This document shows, one piece after another, positions 9,386-17,617 of a stretch of DNA of 64,000 nucleotides. The first letter of the stretch is position 1, and each line of letters opens with the position of its first letter. The DNA lies in the IMG/VR virus record IMGVR_UViG_3300047369_000650, positions 1-64,000 of that record. The stretch is one strand, 5' to 3'. A program made the position numbers and the translations under genes. The notes under the pieces are model-generated. The model was given only the letters and a program-made list of their open reading frames with translations, had not been told where the DNA came from and did no database searches. This stretch comes from a virus.

Positions 9386-9532
9386 ATGAAATATTATTAC
9401 ATTGAGTGCGAAATTTGTGACGAGCAGTCTCAAATAACGGTAGAAAATTCTTCTCCAGAGCCAGAGTTTTGTCCTATGTGTGGTAACATTGCTATTCCAA
9501 ACTTCTTAGATGAAGAGGAAGATTTAGATTAA
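9386..9532 (+). CDS. 48 aa zinc-ribbon protein (not in ORF track)
   Basis: Manual translation MKYYYIECEICDEQ...FCPMCGNIAIPNFLDEEEDLD*; CxxC...CPxC. Confidence 0.75.
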   Translation: MKYYYIECEICDEQSQITVENSSPEPEFCPMCGNIAIPNFLDEEEDLD

Positions 9533-9576
9533 ATTTTACTAAATAGTATTACTTACAACTAGGGTTAAGTAATATT

Positions 9577-9999
9577 ATGTGGATTTTAAATGGTAACGAA
9601 TTTGACCCAACCGAGTTTGATTTTGATAACTTGGTTGGGTTTGTTTATTGTATAACAGATTTAAGCAACAATAAAAAATATATAGGTAAAAAAGGTTTTT
9701 GGTCAAGAAGAAAACTAAAACCACTAAAAGGTAAAACCAGAAATAGAATTGTTAAGAAAGAATCCGATTGGAGAGATTACCACGGATCTAATGAGGAAGT
9801 TAAACTTCTTGTTGAGACTCATGGATCAGAAAGATTTAAAAGAGAAATACTCCGACTCTGCAGAAGTAAAGGCGAGATGTCTTACTTTGAAATGAAAGAG
9901 CAGATTGACCGTGAAGTGCTATTTAGCGACGAATATTATAATGAGTTTATAGGAGGAAAAATTCATTCTAAACACGTTAAAGGAATAGCAAATGTATGA
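9577..9999 (+). CDS. GIY-YIG (Seg-like) endonuclease
   Basis: GFVYCITDLSNNKKYIGKK motif; late-promoter variant ACTAAATA at 9538-9545. Confidence 0.8.
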   Translation: MWILNGNEFDPTEFDFDNLVGFVYCITDLSNNKKYIGKKGFWSRRKLKPLKGKTRNRIVKKESDWRDYHGSNEEVKLLVETHGSERFKREILRLCRSKGEMSYFEMKEQIDREVLFSDEYYNEFIGGKIHSKHVKGIANV

Positions 10000-10441
10000 A
10001 TATAAATGTAAAGTATTAAGAGTAGTCGATGGCGATACAGTAGATGTTGATATTGATCTAGGTTTTGGAATAGTATTATCAGATGAAAGAGTTCGTATCA
10101 TGGGAATTGATACACCAGAATCACGCACTAGAGATAAAGTAGAAAAGCTTTTCGGCAAAGCAAGTAAGTATAGACTTGAATCATTACTGGGTGAAATTGC
10201 TATATTAAAAACACAAATTAATAAAGACGGCGAAGACATGAAAGGCAAGTTTGGTAGAGTTCTTGGAGACTTTGTAACAGAAGACGGAAGAATGGCTACT
10301 GAAGTAATGATCGATGAAGGACATTGTGTTCCATATTTTGGAGGATCAAAGGAAGAGGTCCAAGCGCAACATATGAAAAATAGAGAACGTCTTATATCAG
10401 AAGGTATTGTAACACAGGAACAAATAGACGAAGTTTCATAA
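9992..10441 (+). CDS. Thermonuclease (SNase-like)
   Basis: RVVDGDTVD, RVRIMGIDTPES, GKFGRVLG. Confidence 0.9.
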   Translation: MYEYKCKVLRVVDGDTVDVDIDLGFGIVLSDERVRIMGIDTPESRTRDKVEKLFGKASKYRLESLLGEIAILKTQINKDGEDMKGKFGRVLGDFVTEDGRMATEVMIDEGHCVPYFGGSKEEVQAQHMKNRERLISEGIVTQEQIDEVS

Positions 10442-10443
10442 AT

Positions 10444-10782
10444 ATGCTTGATTATTTAACATTAAGTTTGGCTTTATCGTTACACCTTGGTATGGATGGA
10501 GAGTATAACGAATTACATCCTCATATTCGATATCAAGATAATAAGTTTATATCTGGAGCATATTATAACAGCTTAAATAAAATATCATTATATGCGGGAA
10601 TTCGACACGAAATAAATAATTTTGGAATTGAATTTACTACTACTACTGGTTATGATAATATTTTTTCGCCGTATATTCGTGCTACACAAGACGTTAGTGA
10701 GCATACTAGATTTTTTATAACTGGCGCGGCAGAGAATAAAAGCATAGGGACAATTATTGGTGTTGAATTATCAATAAACTAA
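10444..10782 (+). CDS. Secreted small beta-strand-rich protein, possible outer-membrane barrel
   Basis: Hydrophobic N-terminus; alternating beta-strands; NELHP...GAYYNS...SLYAG...TTGY. Confidence 0.5.
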   Translation: MLDYLTLSLALSLHLGMDGEYNELHPHIRYQDNKFISGAYYNSLNKISLYAGIRHEINNFGIEFTTTTGYDNIFSPYIRATQDVSEHTRFFITGAAENKSIGTIIGVELSIN

Positions 10783-10795
10783 TAGGAGACTAATT

Positions 10796-11266
10796 ATGAA
10801 CGCTAAATTCGGAATAGGTGTCATTATAGCAATTGTACTACAAGTAAGTGCATTTGTTTGGTGGACGGCACAACAAGCACAAACTATTGAAACACTTAAA
10901 GGTGAGGTTGCAGAACTTACCGCCAAGAGTGAAATTGAAAAAGAAGTTACATTAATTAATGATGTAAAACAACTACAGAAAGATATTATCGAGCTAAATG
11001 ATAAAACACTGAAAGCAATACTTGAAACACATGATCGTATTGATGGTTTAGGGCAACATGTAAGTAAACAAGATGAACTAATTAATAGCACCTTTACAAA
11101 CCAAATGGCAGAGTTTGAAGAAAAGGTACAGAATAGTTTTAATGTAGTTGAGGGTTGGGTAGATGAGTTAGATGTTTCTGTTGAAGATTTATATTTACAC
11201 ATAGATGTGACTAGTCAAGGTCTTGATAAAAAATTAAGTGATAGAATTAAAGATCATAAACATTAG
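10796..11266 (+). CDS. N-terminally membrane-anchored coiled-coil protein
   Basis: FGIGVIIAIVLQVSAFVWW followed by heptad-rich sequence; GGAG RBS. Confidence 0.65.
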   Translation: MNAKFGIGVIIAIVLQVSAFVWWTAQQAQTIETLKGEVAELTAKSEIEKEVTLINDVKQLQKDIIELNDKTLKAILETHDRIDGLGQHVSKQDELINSTFTNQMAEFEEKVQNSFNVVEGWVDELDVSVEDLYLHIDVTSQGLDKKLSDRIKDHKH

Positions 11267-11269
11267 GGG

Positions 11270-11298
11270 TTTACATTTAATTCAAAATAGTATATAAT
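11270..11298 (+). promoter_or_regulatory. Early promoter
   Basis: GGGG-TTTACA-N17-TATAAT. Confidence 0.8.
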
Positions 11299-11325
11299 GG
11301 TTTTAGTTATAAAGAGGAATATATT

Positions 11326-12177
11326 ATGATTATTATTGATTACTCTGGTGTTTCTATTGCTCCTATTGCAATGGGTCATGCTGGTGTAGATGAAAACTTA
11401 ATTCGCCATATGATTCTAAATTCTATTAGAATGTATAGAAATAAATTTAAAGATAAGTATGGCGAAATAGTTATTGTCGCAGACGGCGGTGGTAACTGGC
11501 GTAAGAAAGTATATCCTGAATATAAAGGCAATCGTTCTAAGAATCGTGAAGAATCTAAGATTAACTGGGAAGAAGCCTTCCGTGTTATTGGTATGGTTCG
11601 TGATGAACTTAGAGATAATTTTCCTTATAAAGTTATTCACCAGTGGGGCTGTGAAGCAGACGATACTATTGCCGAACTTGTAAAGTGGACACAAGAATTT
11701 GGTAATCATGAAGAAGTCATGATTGTATCAGCAGATAAAGATTTTAAACAGCTTCAAAAATATAATAATGTAAGACAGTATTCTAATATTACAAAGAAAT
11801 TTGTAGACGAGCCTAATCCCAGACTTTATCTTGCAGAACATATCTTAAAAGGTGATGGTGGTGATGGAGTACCTAATGTATTATCTGATGATAAGTGTTT
11901 AGTTGAAGGTCGCCGACAGAATGTTCTATCAAAGAAAAAGAAAGAGGCTTTACTAGAAGACCCTAAAGCTTTAGGCGAAGACGTTTATAGAAACTATTTG
12001 CGTAATAAAAAAATGATTGATTTAACAGAAAGTTCAGAATGTCCTGAAAGTATAAAACAAGAGATTATAAATACTTTTATAGAGCAAGATCAATATAAAA
12101 ACAAAGGTAAAGTTTTTCCCTTTCTTGTTCAAAAAAGATGTAAATTATTGCTAGAGAATGTACAGGAGTTTATTTAG
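11326..12177 (+). CDS. rnh: T4-type RNase H / 5'-3' exonuclease
   Basis: IIDYSG, WRKKVYPEYKGNR, CEADD, IVSADKDFKQL, KGDGGDGVPNVLS. Confidence 0.92.
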   Translation: MIIIDYSGVSIAPIAMGHAGVDENLIRHMILNSIRMYRNKFKDKYGEIVIVADGGGNWRKKVYPEYKGNRSKNREESKINWEEAFRVIGMVRDELRDNFPYKVIHQWGCEADDTIAELVKWTQEFGNHEEVMIVSADKDFKQLQKYNNVRQYSNITKKFVDEPNPRLYLAEHILKGDGGDGVPNVLSDDKCLVEGRRQNVLSKKKKEALLEDPKALGEDVYRNYLRNKKMIDLTESSECPESIKQEIINTFIEQDQYKNKGKVFPFLVQKRCKLLLENVQEFI

Positions 12178-12178
12178 A

Positions 12179-12598
12179 ATGGCGAAACTAATTTATGAAG
12201 TAATTGTGGAAGCCGGCAAGAAAAGATCCAAGGCTGAGAAAGTTGAATGTTTAAAACAGAATGAATCTTGGGCTTTAAAAGATATTCTTAGAGGTACGTA
12301 TGATGATGCTGTTCAATGGTTAGTTCCAGAAGGAGCGCCGCCATATACTCCCAATAAAGAAGAAAGCACACCATCTAATCTTATTAGACAAAATACTCAG
12401 TTTAGGTATCTGGTAGATTCGCCGGATGCTAGAAATGTGCTTAAAGCCAAACGTGAAAATATTTACATCAGATTACTAGAATCTATTCACCCATTAGATG
12501 CAGAGATTGTAATAAACATGGTTAGTAAAAAATCTATTAAAGGCATATCAAAATCAGTAGTGCAGGAGGCTTACCCAGGTTTAATACAAAAAGGTTGA
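12179..12598 (+). CDS. Conserved T4-like hypothetical protein following rnh (start re-called to ATG 12179)
   Basis: CAGGAG RBS before 12179; PEGAPPYTPN, LLESIHPLDAE. Confidence 0.7.
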   Translation: MAKLIYEVIVEAGKKRSKAEKVECLKQNESWALKDILRGTYDDAVQWLVPEGAPPYTPNKEESTPSNLIRQNTQFRYLVDSPDARNVLKAKRENIYIRLLESIHPLDAEIVINMVSKKSIKGISKSVVQEAYPGLIQKG

Positions 12599-12630
12599 TA
12601 ATGAATACCAATAAATCTAAAAACTTTGTG

Positions 12631-12669
12631 GCTGGTCTCCCTTTTAAGGGTTGGCCAGCTTTTACTTTT
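12631..12669 (+). terminator. Rho-independent terminator
   Basis: GCTGGTC-t-CCCT-ttta-AGGG-tt-GGCCAGC followed by TTTTACTTTT. Confidence 0.6.
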
Positions 12670-12684
12670 CTAAAGGAGATAATA

Positions 12685-12849
12685 ATGTCTGAACATCAAT
12701 TACAGAGATTGCTTAAAGATTCCGAAGCACTAAACACATTTGCTGGAATGCTACTCGAAGAAGGAGAGACAGAACTCGTGAAAAAAATAGAAGCAAAGAA
12801 AAAGTTTTTAGACAATCACATATCGACGGTCATGGAGGTGGCCGCCTAA
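12685..12849 (+). CDS. 54 aa hypothetical protein (start re-called)
   Basis: AAGGAG RBS before ATG 12685; the longer track ORF runs through the terminator. Confidence 0.65.
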   Translation: MSEHQLQRLLKDSEALNTFAGMLLEEGETELVKKIEAKKKFLDNHISTVMEVAA

Positions 12850-12872
12850 TTTTAAATTTGTAAACTTAACTG

Positions 12873-12901
12873 TTTACAAGTCATTCAAAATATAGTATTA
12901 T
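12873..12901 (+). promoter_or_regulatory. Early promoter
   Basis: TTTACA-N17-TATTAT. Confidence 0.75.
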
Positions 12902-12929
12902 AATTATATAATCTTATTTGGAGTTACCA

Positions 12930-13499
12930 ATGAATATTTTTGTACTTGATAGTGATCCTATCAAATCAGCTCAACTGCAATGTGATAAGCACGTTGTTAA
13001 AATGATAGTTGAATCTGCTCAGATGCTATCTACTACTCATAGAATGTTGGATGGTTATGTAGAGAAACGTCTTTCGAAATCTGGTAAACGGATGATAAAT
13101 TACTGGGTCCATCCAGATACGCATATGGAAAATACTTTATATAAAGCTGTTCATCATGGTCATCCATGTACAGTATGGACCATGCAATCAATAGCAAACT
13201 ATGCGTGGCATTACGATCATTTCCATGCTCTTTGTATTGAATACCAATATCGCTATAATAGAATACATAGTACTCAAACTAAGCTTGAAGAAATCTTATC
13301 GGTTCCACCCAAAAACTTAAATTACCATAAAGGTCTTACACCCTTTGCCTTGGCTATGCAACACGAACCACAATGTATTCATAAAGACGAACCGGTTCGA
13401 TCATATCAAGAATATTACCAAACTAAACAAGACAGATTTAAAATGGTTTGGTCAAAACGTGATGTTCCAGAATGGTTTAATTATAATGTTGCAGCATGA
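12930..13499 (+). CDS. Pyrimidine-dimer DNA glycosylase (DenV/endonuclease V)-like protein
   Basis: MNIFVLD..P..SAQ..CDKHVVKMIVESAQML, HPCTVW, YQEYY; GGAG RBS before 12930. Confidence 0.8.
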   Translation: MNIFVLDSDPIKSAQLQCDKHVVKMIVESAQMLSTTHRMLDGYVEKRLSKSGKRMINYWVHPDTHMENTLYKAVHHGHPCTVWTMQSIANYAWHYDHFHALCIEYQYRYNRIHSTQTKLEEILSVPPKNLNYHKGLTPFALAMQHEPQCIHKDEPVRSYQEYYQTKQDRFKMVWSKRDVPEWFNYNVAA

Positions 13500-13689
13500 T
13501 TTAAAATGCATTGAAGAAGTATCCTGGGGTAAAGGTATGAAACTAAGACTAATGGAATCCCCGAAAGGAAATAAACAAGTACACCGATGGTCTGATATGT
13601 CAAAGAGGTGGTGTTTAATGTATAGATATAATGTTGAAGAAAATTGGGAATGGTGGAAAAATTATGCCAACTTACGTTCTAAAAAATAA
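13486..13689 (+). CDS. Trp-rich small hypothetical protein
   Basis: In-frame ATG overlapping the upstream stop region; part of track ORF 13345..13689. Confidence 0.55.
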   Translation: MLQHDLKCIEEVSWGKGMKLRLMESPKGNKQVHRWSDMSKRWCLMYRYNVEENWEWWKNYANLRSKK

Positions 13690-13897
13690 AGAAACAGAAG
13701 AACAGTTTGAAGTATTTTGTCAATGGACCGATCTACAGAAAATGTTAGAAGATGATAAAAATCTTACTCAAGTTATAACAGCACCTAAGATAGTATCTGG
13801 CATTGGCAATTTACATAGTAAAGTTCCAGATGGTTTTAAAGATGTTCTTAGTAGAGTGAAAAAAGGATCATCTAAAGGCAACACTATCAGAAAATGA
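13664..13897 (+). CDS. Small hypothetical protein (FmdB-like N-terminus MPTY, no Cys)
   Basis: MPTYVLKNKETEEQFE...PKIVSG...VPDGFKDVL. Confidence 0.65.
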   Translation: MPTYVLKNKETEEQFEVFCQWTDLQKMLEDDKNLTQVITAPKIVSGIGNLHSKVPDGFKDVLSRVKKGSSKGNTIRK

Positions 13898-14580
13898 AAA
13901 AGAATAATTCGTTAACCGTCTCATTTGATGAGCTTGAAAAAATTGAACCTATTACCGATAATCAAAAGAAAGCATTTGATTCTTGGGATAAAGGATATAA
14001 CTTAATACTAACTGGTAGTGCAGGTACTGGTAAAACATTTATTGCACTATATAATGCTTTTAGGGAGATGTTAGATAAGCCAGAATTATACCGTCGCATT
14101 ATGATTATGAGGTCAATGGTTCCTACTCGAGATGCTGGTCACCTACCTGGAACTAAGGAAGAAAAAGAAGATCCATATAAAGTTCCATATAAAAATATCT
14201 GTGATGAAATATTTGGCTATAAAGGTGCTTATGGTAAACTAACTACTGCAAATAAATTAACATTTGAAACAACTTCATATATTCGTGGTGCTACATTTGA
14301 TCAGACCATTATAGTAGTAGATGAAATGCAAAATTTAAACTTTCACGAACTCGATTCTGTAATTACTCGTGTAGGAAACGATTGTAAAATTATCTTTTGT
14401 GGAGATTATCTACAATCAGATTTTAAATATAAAGACGATAAAGATGGTATTATAAAGTTTATAAGTATTGTAGAACAGATGAGATTCTTTAGAGTTATTA
14501 ACTTTGGTTGGGAAGACATTGTAAGGTCGGATCTTGTTAGAGATTATATAATGACTAAAGAGATGATGAATATCGGATAA
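13894..14580 (+). CDS. phoH: PhoH-family ATPase
   Basis: GSAGTGKT, GHLPG, YIRGATF, VDEMQN, GDYLQSD, IVRS. Confidence 0.95.
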   Translation: MKKNNSLTVSFDELEKIEPITDNQKKAFDSWDKGYNLILTGSAGTGKTFIALYNAFREMLDKPELYRRIMIMRSMVPTRDAGHLPGTKEEKEDPYKVPYKNICDEIFGYKGAYGKLTTANKLTFETTSYIRGATFDQTIIVVDEMQNLNFHELDSVITRVGNDCKIIFCGDYLQSDFKYKDDKDGIIKFISIVEQMRFFRVINFGWEDIVRSDLVRDYIMTKEMMNIG

Positions 14581-14583
14581 ATT

Positions 14584-14802
14584 ATGCCTGATGAAAAGAA
14601 TAAAGAAGCTTGGCGATTGTTCTATATGGTAAAAGGACATTTTAGATCAAACGAGTCTTCTGTTCTTTCTGCAGCTGATGGATATTTTAGAAGGTTATTT
14701 CGTGATGGAGCAGATGGGGCTCCACTTTATGATTATGATGAAGAATTTGAAATTGAATGGAAAAAATTAATGGAGAAACAGAAAAATGACGAACTGGATT
14801 AA
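14584..14802 (+). CDS. Hypothetical protein
   Basis: ORF in operon context. Confidence 0.6.
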   Translation: MPDEKNKEAWRLFYMVKGHFRSNESSVLSAADGYFRRLFRDGADGAPLYDYDEEFEIEWKKLMEKQKNDELD

Positions 14803-14947
14803 AAATAGATTAGCCGAAAGAACAAGCTGGAATGGTATTGCTCTTGTTGCTCTAGGTCTTCTTGTCTTGTTCTTGGCTCCTCTTGCAAAAATTGCTGCTG
14901 GATTAGCAATTGCATATGGAGCTTGGACAATATGGAAAGAGGAGTAA
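14786..14947 (+). CDS. 53 aa two-TM membrane protein, candidate holin (not in ORF track)
   Basis: Manual translation MTNWIKNRLAERTSWNGIALVALGLLVLFLAPLAKIAAGLAIAYGAWTIWKEE*. Confidence 0.65.
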   Translation: MTNWIKNRLAERTSWNGIALVALGLLVLFLAPLAKIAAGLAIAYGAWTIWKEE

Positions 14948-14952
14948 AAGCT

Positions 14953-15204
14953 ATGGTAATCATATATGGTAAAAGCAATTGTGCTTTTTGTGAAAAAGCA
15001 AAGCAGCTCTGTATTGATTACAAATTAGAATATGAATATAAAAATGTGTCACAGATTGAATATTTGGAAGAATTTGTAGAAAAATTCCCAGGAGCAAAAA
15101 CTGTGCCACAAATAGTTTGGTATGATAAAGTGATTGGAACTTACGAAAACTTTGCAACAGAAATAGAAAATACCATAGGAGGTTATGGAGAAAATGTCAT
15201 TTGA
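14953..15204 (+). CDS. Glutaredoxin (CAFC)
   Basis: IYGKSNCAFCEKAK, TVPQI; GGAG RBS before 14953. Confidence 0.9.
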   Translation: MVIIYGKSNCAFCEKAKQLCIDYKLEYEYKNVSQIEYLEEFVEKFPGAKTVPQIVWYDKVIGTYENFATEIENTIGGYGENVI

Positions 15205-16078
15205 TTTTGACTTTACGGAAGACCATCTTGCCAAGATTATTCCTGGCAATAGTGATGTAAGCAGTTGGTATGAAGCCCTATGCGGTATTCTACCTAAGTA
15301 TGGTATCACTAACGAACGAAGAGTTGCACACTTCTTAAGTCAGTGTGCACATGAGAGCGGAAACTTTAAACGACTCGAAGAAAACTTAAACTATTCTGCA
15401 AAAGCTTTGAGGGCAGTATTTGGTCGTTACTTTGGTGACTCACCTAAAAGAGATGCAGATGAATATCATCGTCAGCCAGAGATGATTGCTAATTATGTTT
15501 ATATGGATGAGTTCCGTAAATATAAGATGGGTAATACTGAAGACGGCGATGGCTGGCTATTTAGAGGTCGTGGTCTTAAACAACTTACTGGTCGTGAGAA
15601 TTATACACGATTTGGTAAGAGTGTTGATATGTCGGCAGAAGAAGCAGCAGAATATGTATCTACTCCACAAGGTGCCGTTGAATCTGCGTGTTGGTTCTGG
15701 GATGCTAATAATCTAAACGATATTGCCGATACTGATAATGTAGTTAAAATGACCAAGAAAATTAATGGTGGTAAAATCGGACTTGAAGATAGACAAGAAC
15801 GATATACAAATGCCATGGAAGTTTTGGGTATGTCTGCTGAAATGGTAGCAGATGACGACGATGATGACATTGAAGAAATCATTGATGATATTGGTGTATT
15901 GCGTAAGGGGTCTCGTGGAGAGGGTGTTAAGATTATGCAAGAAGCACTTGGTATCGGAGCTGATGGTGTATTCGGTCCAGGGACTGAAAGAGCGCTAAAA
16001 GAGTGGCAAGCAGCTAACGGTTTAACAGCCGATGGTGTAGCAGGTCCAGCAACATTTGGAAAACTATTAGAGGACTAA
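15185..16078 (+). CDS. GH19 (chitinase-fold) endolysin with C-terminal peptidoglycan-binding domain
   Basis: FLSQCAHES, ENLNYS, RGRGLKQLTG, KKINGG; acidic linker; LRKGSRGEGVKIMQEALG..ADGVFGPGT..ADGVAGPAT. Confidence 0.9.
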   Translation: MEKMSFDFDFTEDHLAKIIPGNSDVSSWYEALCGILPKYGITNERRVAHFLSQCAHESGNFKRLEENLNYSAKALRAVFGRYFGDSPKRDADEYHRQPEMIANYVYMDEFRKYKMGNTEDGDGWLFRGRGLKQLTGRENYTRFGKSVDMSAEEAAEYVSTPQGAVESACWFWDANNLNDIADTDNVVKMTKKINGGKIGLEDRQERYTNAMEVLGMSAEMVADDDDDDIEEIIDDIGVLRKGSRGEGVKIMQEALGIGADGVFGPGTERALKEWQAANGLTADGVAGPATFGKLLED

Positions 16079-16079
16079 A

Positions 16080-16244
16080 ATGGCCAAATTTAGTAGGTTT
16101 GACCCTAAGAATAAAAAGAAAGATCGCAATAAAAAACTATCAATTAATAGAGACAGTAAGATTAAATCTGTTGAAAAAGATAGGCGAATACAGGGGAAAA
16201 CAATTGAATATGTTATACAAGATCAACACGATGATCTAAAATAA
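16080..16244 (+). CDS. 54 aa basic hypothetical protein (not in ORF track)
   Basis: MAKFSRFDPKNKKKDRNKK...; GAGG RBS. Confidence 0.6.
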   Translation: MAKFSRFDPKNKKKDRNKKLSINRDSKIKSVEKDRRIQGKTIEYVIQDQHDDLK

Positions 16245-16248
16245 TATT

Positions 16249-16277
16249 AGAGGTCACTTCGGTGGCCTCTTTTTTTT
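16249..16277 (+). terminator. Rho-independent terminator with C(UUCG)G loop
   Basis: AGAGGTCAC-TTCG-GTGGCCTCT then T-run. Confidence 0.9.
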
Positions 16278-16283
16278 ACATAA

Positions 16284-16350
16284 AATGCATTTTAGGGGTT
16301 TACATTTCATTTAAAATATACTATATTAGTAGTATAAAGAGAATCGGAAG
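16284..16350 (+). promoter_or_regulatory. Early promoter with downstream GANTC element (copy 1)
   Basis: AATGCATTTTAGGGGTTTACA-N17-TATATT-N13-GAATCGGAAG. Confidence 0.8.
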
Positions 16351-16358
16351 GAACTAGA

Positions 16359-16514
16359 ATGAATGATCTTTTTGAAATTATTGAAGACCTTGAAATGATC
16401 GAAACTTTTGGTACAGACAGCCCGGGTTTTGAAGAAATCATTAACAAGTGGACAGAGCGCAAAGCAGAAGCTGAAGCATTCATGGAACGTCAGTATAAAA
16501 TGGAGTTAGTGTAA
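16359..16514 (+). CDS. 51 aa acidic early protein (not in ORF track)
   Basis: MNDLFEIIEDLEMIETFG...; directly behind promoter; stop overlaps next ATG. Confidence 0.65.
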   Translation: MNDLFEIIEDLEMIETFGTDSPGFEEIINKWTERKAEAEAFMERQYKMELV

Positions 16515-16747
16515 TGGAAAAGTACGATTTAGATGTAATTGTAAAAGGCAATAAACTTCCTCGTCATGGTTCACCTCAAGATCGTGGTGGTGCTGATGCT
16601 TACTACCATCGCCCTTATGATCCTCATTATTATGTCGGCGCTTCTATTACTTCAGAAAGAGTAGAAAAAGACAACATGACCGTTGGTGAGATTGAAGCTT
16701 ATAAGTATGGCTATGAAAATGAAGATGATAGAAAAGATTGGGGTTAA
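16514..16747 (+). CDS. Early hypothetical protein
   Basis: RHGSPQDRGGADAYY...RKDWG. Confidence 0.7.
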   Translation: MEKYDLDVIVKGNKLPRHGSPQDRGGADAYYHRPYDPHYYVGASITSERVEKDNMTVGEIEAYKYGYENEDDRKDWG

Positions 16748-16812
16748 TGCATTTTAGGGGTTTACAAGCTATTAAAAATATGCTATGTTAGTAATGTAAA
16801 AAGAATCGGAAA
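16746..16812 (+). promoter_or_regulatory. Early promoter with downstream GANTC element (copy 2)
   Basis: Same 21-mer AATGCATTTTAGGGGTTTACA-N17-TATGTT-N13-GAATCGGAAA. Confidence 0.8.
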
Positions 16813-16821
16813 GAATATAAA

Positions 16822-17124
16822 ATGACTATTGCTAAAACACAGAATGACCGTCTTGCTCTTATCAAAGAAATCGCAGAGCGTCGTAAAGCAGAAAAGAAAG
16901 CTGAACGTGCTCGTCAGATTAAAATGTATGAAATTAAAGAGAAAGCCAAAAAAGCTCGGTTTGCAATGTTACAAGCACGTAAGAAACGCGAAGACCCTCT
17001 TGCAACACTAAATGTAAAAGAAGGTGAAAATATTAATCAATATACCGATCAATCAAAGTATGCTAAAAAATATTATGGAGAAACTCTATATGAAACAACA
17101 AGATATGATAACGAATGGGATTAA
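16822..17124 (+). CDS. Basic helical early protein
   Basis: ORF behind promoter; Lys/Arg/Glu-rich. Confidence 0.7.
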   Translation: MTIAKTQNDRLALIKEIAERRKAEKKAERARQIKMYEIKEKAKKARFAMLQARKKREDPLATLNVKEGENINQYTDQSKYAKKYYGETLYETTRYDNEWD

Positions 17125-17129
17125 TAATT

Positions 17130-17326
17130 AAGAGTCTAAGACTCTTTTACTCAACGTCCGTGCAGAGAGAACCGGGCTTGAAAGCAACGTCTCACGAGAA
17201 TAATTCGCCTGTGAAATATCAGTGTCGTGAAAACGTGGAGATGCTAGTTTCAGTCAAATTAGAGCGGCAATGTCAATAAGGCCGTGCAAGGAGACTGGAG
17301 ATACTAGGGGTGTTGAGTAAAGGAGT
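17130..17326 (+). ncRNA. Structured cis-regulatory RNA candidate upstream of mazG
   Basis: 17141-17159 pairs without interruption with 17308-17326 (19 bp, 3 G-U); several internal helices; more GC-rich than flanks; no ORF. Confidence 0.7.
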
Positions 17327-17332
17327 TTTAAT

Positions 17333-17617
17333 ATGAAAGATAGTCCAATTAATAAACTTCAGCAGCTAATGATTATTACTGCAGAAGAATGTGGAGAACT
17401 TACTCAGAGATGTAGTAAGATTATTCGTAAATATAAAAAGTTTTCTGAAATAGAAGACGATCAAAAAAACAAACTTCTTGAAGAAGTTGGTGATGTTTAT
17501 TGTATGATTGATTTAATGTGTGAGCATAATGTATTAGATTGGAAACATATCTATGCTAGAAGCTCTGCTAAAAAAGAAAAACTTAAAAAGTGGAGTACTT
17601 TAATAGATGGTAAATGA
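17333..17617 (+). CDS. mazG: MazG-like nucleotide pyrophosphohydrolase
   Basis: ITAEECGEL...LLEEVGDV. Confidence 0.85.
   Translation: MKDSPINKLQQLMIITAEECGELTQRCSKIIRKYKKFSEIEDDQKNKLLEEVGDVYCMIDLMCEHNVLDWKHIYARSSAKKEKLKKWSTLIDGK

Noticed and set aside
12595-12684. N-terminal extension of the 84 aa track ORF
   Set aside because: It spans a terminator-like hairpin; a strong RBS supports ATG 12685
17130-17326. tRNA, tmRNA, RNase P or SRP identity for the structured RNA
   Set aside because: No cloverleaf/TTCGA arm, tag reading frame, GAGGAAAGTCC or SRP core motif seen; no tRNA was recognised anywhere in the window
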